Shown here: positions 37,609-47,635 of the stretch, one piece after another
Layout of the letters: every line of letters starts with the position of its first letter
Position numbering within the stretch: position 1 is the first letter of the stretch
From: Balanoglossus misakiensis
Taxonomy: Eukaryota > Animalia > Hemichordata
Reading direction: 5' to 3'
Assembly (NCBI GenBank): GCA_040954595.2
Contig: CM082583.2
Coordinates: 1,684,925 to 1,748,924, forward strand
Length of the DNA stretch: 64,000 nucleotides
Notes under the pieces: model-generated
What the model saw: the letters and a program-made list of their open reading frames with translations, nothing else
What the model was told of the DNA's origin: nothing
Database searches by the model: none
Position numbers and translations under genes: made by a program

Positions 37609-38677
37609 TTGACCACCTGTTTTGAATTTAATTAAACCACTTGATTCAAATTCCAGCTTCTTCTTGACAATAGTTGTGGCGAGTTGTTCAAACATTGGCA
37701 GAGTGTGGATATCGGCTGATGTCTGCAGTAACGTTTTAGCGGCTTGAACAGGGGTTACTTCAGGTTTGCCAATCTCTTCATTTATTTGTGATTGTTGGGG
37801 ACTGGGATTATCAATACTGACCTGTCCCTTGTTGACACGCATGTTGAAGGGGCATGGTGAGGCATAATTATGTTCCTTGGCGATAGTTTTGAAGGCACAT
37901 TGATTTGTGTGAGAGCAAAGGTCTTGTAGTGGCACAACTTCTGAACAACCAGCATTTGCAATGTCACACACAATATTTAGAGACGACAGCATATTTGACA
38001 ATACTAATGGGACAATGACAATATCACCTGGCATAATACGTAGGCGACAGATGGGGAATGTGGTTGATTCTTCAAACCACTTACATAAACAAGTAGAACA
38101 AAAAACATGGGGCCCACTACACAGAAGTTGAACTGGCTCGTCAACAACATCTCGGCAAACTGGACATTCAAAATCTTGACTCGCAGAGGAAAAGCGTGAC
38201 CTTGACAAGTTTAATGCAGACCTTAGCTTCTTGCCAGCTTTCTGCTGTACAGCAAGGATACTGTTTTCTGATTGTATATGTCCTTGGTCTCCATCAAGTT
38301 TTTTGGTTTGTGTCATTGGAGGTCTTCCCCGGTTTTTTGCTGCTTTCCGCTTTCGTTCACTTTTGCAAAGAGTACACACACTGCATTCACCAAGTCTCGG
38401 ATGTTTTTTTCCAACCAGTTAACTGTACCCCATGATTGTACTGTTTACCTGTTTCTTTTGCCTTTGTAATAGATGTTATAAGCCGCTTGCAGTTACTACA
38501 GAAATGGGTTGGGTGAATGCCAGGGTCATCCGTTGAAATATCTATTTCAAAACATTCACCTAAAGCGTCTCCAATATTTGCGCACAGAAATGGCTTCTCT
38601 GCAAATTTACGGCTGCAAATCCGACATCTATTCAGCAATATGTTATTGTGGAACTCGAGAGATTTCCGCCCGGTCAT
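37609..38677 (-). CDS. Transposase exon 1: RAG1-like N-terminal Cys/His region, C3HC4 RING and Zn finger (+1 frameshift in A7 run at 38404-38410)
   Basis: ORFs 38387-38749 and 37576-38379 join to give WKKHPRLGECSVC if one A is removed. RING: CPVC...LLCSGPHVFCSTC...TFPIC. Zn finger: LNIVCDIANAGC...LCSHTNQC. Donor CAA|GTGAGT. Confidence 0.85.
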
Positions 38678-39290
38678 CGTACTGGCTGCAGCACCCGACA
38701 AATGTGCAGACGACAACGTAGTTCGATCAAATTTGGCGCCAGTGTACACGTAAACAATACAGTAACCATGGGCACGGTCAGCTTAAGGGGTCATCGAAGC
38801 ATCGAACCACACAACATATGCCGTTCAAAAAAAAAAAAACCCAAAGCAAGGAAAAAACACCCCGACAAAATCATCACACTCAAAACACAAAATATTCGAC
38901 AACGAACACATAAAAATCGGTTTGATTAAAATATAATTCGATTTTCGATGTTATCTTAGCTGTAAATTACAGTTCACAAAAACGGGATTCGATGCTGTTC
39001 ACTCGCCATTGTTTACATGTCGATTGCAAACGTACCTGCGTCATGATCCAAATGTCTTCCAAATCACGCGGCAAGATCCATATAAACTCCAAAAAATTAC
39101 AGTTTATGCGATAAAAAAGCATATTTCTCGAGTACGAACTCGCAAAAATATCGGAAACGGCTATATTCAGTGATGTTTTTCACCGATGGCCATGCATTCG
39201 CATGGGCGCGCACATGTTGATCTTGCAAAGTCTCGCCATATCACGCAATGGAACGTGAAGAAAATGGCTGTTGCTTTGTTATTTATTTCC

Positions 39291-39332
39291 TCCAACTAAG
39301 TAGGGCCTGCCGCTATGGCTAAAACGCTTGTG
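39291..39332 (-). repeat. Right (gene 5'-side) bipartite TIR
   Basis: Reverse complement reads CACAAGC, then 24 bp, then ACTTAGTTGGA. Confidence 0.88.
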
Positions 39333-40593
39333 GGTGTACATAAATATTTATGCATTGTCACAATGACTGGAGGTCTTTAAATGACCAAGCTGTATGGACA
39401 CCTCATTCAATGTTACATATATTTGTTATTACATGTTTTATTGAAATTGCCAGTTGTCTGTTTTAATTCTGGCAGTTCTGCTGTGTCTTTTGTCTTGCCC
39501 TGACAGAATGCAGTAATATTTGCAGTACAAGAGGAGTGTCAGTAAATAGTGGAGCAATATCTTTCTACGAATGTACTCATGCATTGCTCCAAAGTGAAGT
39601 ACATTCGCAAAACCAGTTTGGGAAATCGGGACTCTTTTCAAGATTATACCACATTTTTGTGGATGTCACATGACATGGAAACACTCTAGAATCACGATTG
39701 AGATAAGGTTTCGGTTTGATATACCACTTCCTTGTTATTTCAATCTGTATGTTTTCTTAACCCCCTCCCTCGAAAAAAGGTAATTGAGGTAATTGTAAAA
39801 TTACCTGAAAACAAACAGGCTACTCTAGCCTCCATTTTATGAGGTTTGTGATGTAACATATTTTGAATTTCGTGAATCGATCAAAAGTTTCCGTGCACCA
39901 ACTATCAAAACTACACCAAAAAATAATTTGGGCAATTCATAAGGAGAATCTAGTGGGTCGGCGGCTATAGAACTGACGTAAGTGTAAGTATCAGAGGATT
40001 GTGGGTACGAGGCTGGGAAGAGCAACACTCGAACACTCATGAAATCAACACGTGACGCCAAATTCTTTGTAATATGAACAGTGGAAAACTGCCATGCCAT
40101 CCCTCTAAGTGCAAACTTCCAAAGATTTCAATCTGGTGATATTTAAAAAAAATATTTTATTCAAATTCATGTGGTGATATTTAAAAAAAAATATTTTATT
40201 CAAATTCATGTTATAAATTAAACTTGCATCTATGATATAGAAATGACTCTGTCTTATATAACAAAAATACAAATAACTTGGTTAGATGACCAAAGATTTC
40301 CCATCTCGAAAAGTTTCTACCAAAATGACTAACTCCAAATCTGCTAAGAGAGCCCTAGCAAATTTAATCACTGCACATTACTCTCGATAAAACGAAATAT
40401 TGCGCATTCATTTTGTCCTTGAATTGAAATGCATGGCCAGTGTTCATAGACTTCACACACACAGGATGTTTAAGGAGTTGAATTGTTATTGACAGCGACC
40501 AGGTCGGTAGATTCTATAGGATGAAGAAAAAATGAAAAGACAGTCAGTACATAGCTAAATTCTCCTATACAAGGGCGTCTTCAATTGGTACAG

Positions 40594-40720
40594 TGACTGA
40601 CTGACTGACTGAATGGATGAATGAATGAATGAATGAATGAATGAATGAATGAATGAATGAATGAATGAATGAATGAATGAATGAATGAATGAATGAATGA
40701 ATGAATGAATGAATGATGAA
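40594..40720. repeat. (TGAC)n(TGAA)n microsatellite
   Basis: Read directly from the sequence. Confidence 0.95.
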
Positions 40721-41598
40721 CGGATGAGTCGTAATAATATGCTTCAATCACAGAGGCTTTGAAAATTATTAAAAAAAATAAAAAATAATGTACTCACAAC
40801 CGACATTTATACAACATACAGCTCAAGAAACTCCTCCATGTGTACAATACTTTGCCAATTTAGTGACAACATCAGCTTGCAGAGCACGTGAGCACCGCTT
40901 TCGCCAGCCTGTGGTGCCCGCATATCTTTTTTGTTCAGCAGTAACATGCACGACACATGCAGAGACACAAACGTCCATGTTGCAAATTGTAGATGAAAGC
41001 ATCAGCTGCGCTGGTTTTATGGTCAGCATCACTGGCTGTTACATGAAAACTGTTTGTCACATACCTTAACCAACATATACGTGTATCTGTATGGAAAGAA
41101 AGTAGGCTCACCCCCGGTACAGTATTATTTTTTTTTGCATGCACGCAATGGCCTGAAACTGGGATCATCTGCGCGCATTTCAAAACGTGCTCGTTGCTTA
41201 ACTTCGCGTGCTTTACTACTCACAATTATTCCACTTGTGAACGAACACGTCACCCAATTTTACACTGTAGCCATGTGGAAAACTGGTGACAAGGTAATAT
41301 TTCATTCGAAGATCAACCTACGTTCAGAAAGTTTGCATTGTGGTGAATTCTCACTGCTCTCGCAATGCGGTCTGTGGCTCACTGCCGCAGACCGCATTAC
41401 ACGTAGAAATAAATTCTGTACGTCACAGTTCGTAGGTCGCATAGGTCATGGAGTTAATCCATTATACATTGCGGCTTACAATTTCTCGTGACCCTCTTAT
41501 CATGCAGCTTGTGTGTTACTGACCACTGACGCATGTCAAAACACTCAATATTTTTTTTTAATTTGCAAAATCTTTCATTTTAAAGTCGTGATACTCAC

Positions 41599-41749
41599 TG
41601 CAGATAGCATTCTTTTCAGTAGGAACTATTTCTGCTGCCATTTCAATATTGTCTGTATTCCATGTAAATATATTTCCTCCAATTGAACAGTCCCCCGCCA
41701 CAGCTGCAACCTCTTCTGCAGTCAGAACTTTTGACCACATGTATGTCAT
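41599..41749 (-). pseudogene. Orphan exon fragment resembling the C-terminus of a pentraxin/LamG-like domain
   Basis: YMWSKVLTAEEVAAVAGDCSIGGNIFTW resembles the pentraxin W.rvL...ei..l..C...Gn...W pattern and ends at a GTGAGT donor. Its 5' side runs into repeat sequence. Confidence 0.45.
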
Positions 41750-44700
41750 TTAGTCAAGACAATTTGGGAGAACTGTAGTTTAAAGCCTCCAAAGCTGCCA
41801 CTTTTTGCATTATTTTCATGATTTTATTTTCCAACTTAAATTGGTTCATCAAATAAGCTTACTGATAGGTATACATAAACATCTTATCGATGCCCGATTG
41901 TGACTGCATGTTGCAATTGGAACATGCTATGTATTAAAACGGTGCCTCACCGATTTAATCAGCCTTCATACAAACAATAGCAGCTAAGCAGCTATCGTGA
42001 AATGCGACGCCAAGTGATGACAAACCAATGCAAATGCAAGTAATATGGCTTAATGGTCACGGGTGAAGATTTTAGGGAATAGGGAATATACATATGAAGT
42101 ATTTTACTCTGGAAAAAAATATGCCAATTTTAGCAGCTATAGGGTTTTTAAAGCGCGGGCGAAGTATGAAAAGATGCAGTAAATATCGATACATTGTATT
42201 TTGGAGGTTTCTCATAACCATGATTGGTTGGCTAATTATGCGGCGTTTTCTAAATAAAAGGAACAATATTAATTTATTGTTGGGGCTCACCTCCGTTAAC
42301 ATCTTGCCGTCTCTGCTGAGTGTTGGCCTCTTCCAGCGGCACGTGTTTGTCCTTTACAGCATGCTGTAAAATATTTAGAATAGCGCTGCCATTTGATCAA
42401 AGGATAAGCTGGCTTCGCGTGTTAGGGATGTGTGTCTGACGACTATGCCTCGAAGCAAAAGACACGGCCGACCCTGCCACGCAGATTCATTTGTTGTGTC
42501 ACACATTTTCGATCCAAGAAGAGAATATCAACCTTGACGTTGCGAAAATGACAAGAAACTTTCACTCATATAGGTTGTGTGATTACTTACCCGCAACTTG
42601 TTGGGAATTGCTGTCACCAGAGGTGCCCACAGCGTGAAAGCCAGAATGACTGCGACGCCTGCATTGGAGTTCGTCATGAATGGAAACATCGATGAACACG
42701 TTCGGTCTTCGATGAGGCTAGTGTCCACAGAATAGGCATTCTTTTATAACGCAGCTGGGAGGTGGTAAATCCATTGTGATCACCATGCTATTAGTAGCCC
42801 AAGCAGTCAAAATTTGCGAAAAATATATAAATATGGAAAAATATATCAATGGGATCAATAGTTATTAAGCACTTTTTAAAAACAAATGACACCGTAAGAT
42901 CAATTATCTTGTTTTCCGCGACAAGTTTCAACATGGTATGTCAGCGCTACCAGTGAATAATATTATTAGAAACTATGACAGCTGTAACCGTGCGATTAAT
43001 GATTTGATCAATTTTAATCATATACTTGTAAATATTTGTGCGGGTGCTAGTTTAATAAACTGTGTTGATATATAGGTGGAAGACTGTTTAGTTTTCCAGT
43101 CAATTATGTGATGTATTACGCCTGACGCTTAAATGATTTGGTCCAGGGAGAATAACCGTGTTTGGCCGGTCAAGCGAACCCTGGATCTTGCAGGCTCTGC
43201 CCACTTTCCAATCAACAACCATTGAGCATGCGCAGTTGATACTTCACATTGTAAACAAGATGGCGTCGCTGTATATGCTTCTGGACCGCTGTCGCCCGAC
43301 TATGTCGGCAAAGAAGAGACGAATTTAACCAAGCAACGCCATATCGGAAGATAGAATGATCGCGAGATGAAACCGGGATATCCAACGATTTGGCAGCCAT
43401 GTTGATTGAATGGTAAGTCGCCGAAGTAACTATTTGCCATTGATTTGTTTACCAGAAACGGTTTGCCTTTGGAACACATTTGACCTCACCGAAATTGATT
43501 TCAGAGTTTTTTCCCAAGAACTAATGATGTTCGTTTTCACCTTTCTGTCCCGAAGTTGCAAACGTGTTGTCTCTGAGAAAATAAATGTGATTTGTACCCG
43601 CGATAATCATAGTTCGGATTTCAACCCACAACATCAACGCCAGCCATTCACCAACATGTGCCAGATAATGTTTATCAGTCATATTTTCTCAGTCTGAATT
43701 TACAAAAGACTAATTGTATTGTATGCACATTGCAATTTTAATATGTAACACGTTTGACCTGAGTGGGAGGATGGATTGAAGGGACACAAGCTTTTGTAGC
43801 CACTTAAATTTTGACACTGTTTATATAAATGTTGAGCTGGCATATTTGTTCCCTTATGATGTAGTGTACCTGTTGCATTGAAATGAAGCTGTAATATTAA
43901 AGTGCAATTTAGTCCTTTGGTTTACTGGGAAAATGAGGTCAATAAATGACAGGTTTATTTAGATATATGATATATTTCTCGCAAGCACTTATGCATATGT
44001 ATGAGATACTTATTTATTTTTAACTTATGTATTTATTTTTAATTTATTTTGTACGTTCAGGTAATCATATGGATTTGTATGGAATCACATACACATTAAT
44101 TGAAGACTATCATATCACAGAAGTCGAGCCTCCACATGTGTAAGGTAACCATTTAGGTTTCATGACTAAGTTTGTTTAAGGATTCATAAAGCACGAATTC
44201 TACCTAATGAATGAATTTTCTTAGAATTTCACAACTGTGACAGGGTTTGCAGTTATGCGAAAAAGTGTTATTATTCACATACGAAACTTTTCGTATACAT
44301 TTTTCTGATGGCAATGCATTTAACTTTGAACAAATATTGACGTCAGTTAGTAGTGCTATTTTGTCAGTGAAATTGCTTCATCATCATCCCTCCAACCAAA
44401 GTTGAAACTGAGTTGCAAATATTGCACAGCTTGAAATCATAAAATGTTGCAAAATTGAACCAACCGTTCGGTCAACGATTATGTTCTTACAGCTATTATT
44501 AGAAGCAGACAGTCTCAGGGAACAAGATACATGGGCCTGATTTGCAAACTGAGTTGGAACTAACCTTGCCTGCCCATGGATGCGCCAATTCAGTGAATCT
44601 TATCGTATTAAAAATGAATATGGAGAACTATTCTCTGTGTTGTGATTCAATTGTTAGCCTACATGTATACATATGTACCTTGAGTGATTCCACTTTCTTC

Positions 44701-46697
44701 AGTGTCCTGTGAATTCAGTTGCCATAACTTGCGCTTCACACAGCGCATACATGTAGGTCTAATCAATTGGGTAACTGGGTCTTACAATATTATCTGATGC
44801 CTCTTACTGGCCGAAGGACCACAAGTTGCATTTTCACATCGCATATAAATAGAAAACCCATTAATTTCTACTGTATGATTTTATTGACGATTCAATAGTT
44901 TCATGACTGTTAGTGTTAATTACAATACCTAAATTCCCAAATGAAAGCATGCTGTCAGTTTTCATGTGATTGATATTAATTTTACAATTTCAAAATATGC
45001 TTAGCTCTGAATGATTATGAACATATCAAACTTCATGTTAAATAAACTGTCTTGATATTGTATACATTAAGGCCTACTACCAGTGTCACAACATTGATTT
45101 CCTGCATTTTTGCTCATGCCTTCTGACCAGTCAGTTGCCTCTGTATGTGTGTATGTAGTATGTATGGATGTATGTATGTCTGTCCACATCAAAAACTTGA
45201 AAACCCCTTCGCGTATCCCCTTGATATTTGGTGTGTAGATGCAGGCCAGCCTGTAAATAGGATTTTGTTCATATTAAGAAGGTTGAAGTATTTTCATGAT
45301 TGGTTTTATTTGATTACTCCAGAAACATACAATACAGAGTCTGTGTGGTAAGTATTGATATTGGGTTTTTAGATGCAGGCACGCCTGTTCAAATGAAATA
45401 TGCTAATTACCTGGAGCAATGTGAAATTGATCAAAACTCAGAAACTCAACAACTGGTCAGATTGCTTTGAACATTTGTATGCATGTAGCTTATGTCACGC
45501 CTGATATACTTTCAGCTAATATCGTGAATTGTATCTAGAATTTAGTATGCTATTTCCTATAGGTAATATTTGTTAGTATTGTTTAAATTGTGGCAAAATT
45601 TGTAATTTTTGGGAAATATAATTTTATCATTTTTAGTCAAAAATCATTTTCTCTGAAACTCCATGTCAGGTCAGGTTGCATTTAAATTTTGGTTTGCTTG
45701 TTCCATGAGGTAACCCAAGTAATGTTGTATATCATTTTGGTGAAATTTGCATATTTGTGGTCTTGAGGCAATTTTTGCAATTTGTATTCTTTGAAACCGC
45801 ATGTCAGATTGCTTTCAATTTTGGTAGGCATGTTCCTTGTGGTGATTGAAGTGAGATATTGTTGGATTTGTTGATATCTGAATTTTTGTGGTTGAGGCAG
45901 TTTTTGTCATTGTTGAAGAAATGTTGTTTTCACTGAAAATACTCCGATTCCTGTGAAATTGTATTAGGTTACCTGGTAGGTCATATCTGCTTGGCAATGT
46001 CACAGCGGTGTACACACCTATTTTTGTGTAATCCAAAGTGTCTAATAACCTAGCAAATATTTACTAGTAAATCATGTATGTTCTACTTCTTACAAGGTTG
46101 AAGTATGTTGATGTCTGGGTTAAATGGGATTCTTCAGAAACATACAATACAGAGTTTGTGGTACAGTTCATGGTCACATTCAGAATTACCTAGTCTATAT
46201 CCAGCCATATTCTGTCCGCTTTGCTTCCAAAAGTATCATCTAGTGTCATGCATGCCACTTGCCCAATAATCTGACACCCCTTGCTGGGAAATTTGATGTA
46301 ACAAGTGTCCCTTAGTGAAGTTATTAACATAAACTGAACAATGTTGATTTGGCGTAAGATTATAGTGAAGGCAGGGCTTATTACATTGAAAATGCTATCC
46401 AGCCTTAATTACACATTATGAATATCCTTTGTCCAATCATTGGAAAAACAATGTACCATAGACTTGCATAGCACTTTGAAGGTGAATCGCAAGTGGTCAC
46501 TTTCATTACATTACCTCAAGCAGTCTTTTACATGTAGCTATAATAAGACAAACATTCCCGGTGTAATTAACATCACTGTTGTTATTAGTATCTATCTCCG
46601 ATAAGTATCAAGTCTGCCTTATGTTATTTTAAGTCAATTGTCAGGTTCATGTACATATTTTACAACTTATCTATCTTGTCAAAAACTTTCGCATGTA

Positions 46698-47635
46698 CCG
46701 TATATTCTCACAAATAAGCGCCACCCTTGATTAGGCGCCAGTGATACCTGACTTTGCTACTTTTTACTTAAAATTAAGCGCCAGGAAATTTTTTTTTTTG
46801 AGGTGTGTGGACGTACGTGAATCATGGCAAAAAATACCGGGGTAACACCTGTTTAGGGGTCTTGTCAAAATCAACGGGGGGGGCTTGCTGCGTGAATAAT
46901 AATTGACCTGAGCAGACAATGCATGCTTTGGGCTGATGTGCTATTTATTTACAAGATGAAATCGGGCACATGTCAACCTCCTAATTTATGTAAATTATTA
47001 TTCATTGCAAAAGATACAGGTGCCGGGCGTCTAGACACTCGTCTTTTTCCTGTCGATCGATCGGCAGCCGCTTACGTTACCGACACTACCACCCAAGTTT
47101 GACCATATTGCCAGGGCTTTGAAATAATAGGACTAGTTTCAAGTTGTGAATGTTTGCGGTATTAATTTTCTCATGAATATTCACGCAACGTGAGTATTCA
47201 CGCAACCTTGCCTGACCTTACATGTGTGAGAGCATTACAAAGACGCACTTGGACTAAACTACTATACGTCAGTAGATTTTGTTGATGGTTCAGCCAGCAT
47301 ACTGTAATGCTGCTCGTAGTATTCACTTCGTTGACAACTTTTTATTTCTGGAATATTTATTAGACAATACATTGAACTGACTGTATTTGAACAGAAAATG
47401 TTAAAACTTTACATATGAATTCGAAACAGCCATTCATTCACTGCGGACACCCCCTTACGAGAACACTGATTGGAACGTCCCAAATCATTTGCATATGAAT
47501 CAACAGGGTACAGTATACAGGGCGACCCATGAATTAAGCGCCATCGGTTCTTGAAAGACTCATTTCTGCTTTTGTTTAGGCGCCACCAAAATTTGAAATG
47601 GTTAAAAAGTGGCGCTTATTTGTGAGAATATACGG
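46698..47635. mobile_element. Tc1/mariner-pogo-like MITE with TA TSD
   Basis: TA-CCGTATATTCTCACAAATAAGCGCCAC ... GTGGCGCTTATTTGTGAGAATATACGG-TA (27-bp perfect TIR). Absent from the left arm (about 24570). Confidence 0.9.

Larger units (their letters stand above)
33247..38677 (-). pseudogene. RAG1-like transposase gene, 10 exons, about 1,038 aa reconstructed, slightly disrupted
   Basis: Exons: 38677-37609, 37419-37133, 36712-36497, 36202-35957, 35683-35607, 35497-35296, 35194-34823, 34701-34549, 34129-33946, 33557-33247, with phase-compatible GT-AG introns. Motifs in RAG1 order: CRIC...HPTHFCSNC...WKKH..C..C; RING; Zn finger; KVGGDHGGGS (D1); AGDYEF..GLSGPSGRYFCLWC (D2 plus C2); LHISLG; FIGNH; PKLHMLECH (H2); GEQGIESIH (E). 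Lesions: two 1-nt frameshifts, one AG>GG acceptor, and RING Cys7>Phe. Confidence 0.88.
32658..39332 (-). mobile_element. Full-length DNA transposon encoding a RAG1-like transposase (Chapaev/N-RAG-TP type), 6,675 bp, 4-bp TSD GGTG
   Basis: Left end CACAAGCGTTTGCCCCATAG. Right end, read as reverse complement, CACAAGCGTTTTAGCCATAG (17/20 identical). GGTG lies at both 32654-32657 and 39333-39336. A single spliced DDE transposase gene is inside. Confidence 0.92.

Noticed and set aside
33247-38677. True RAG1 orthologue or ProtoRAG
   Set aside because: The TSD is 4 bp rather than 5 bp, there is no RAG2L, and the active-site contexts differ from RAG1/RAG1L.
40823-41183. Cys-rich ORFs possibly related to transposon accessory proteins
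   Set aside because: Only a vague resemblance across different frames, so it cannot be supported without a search.
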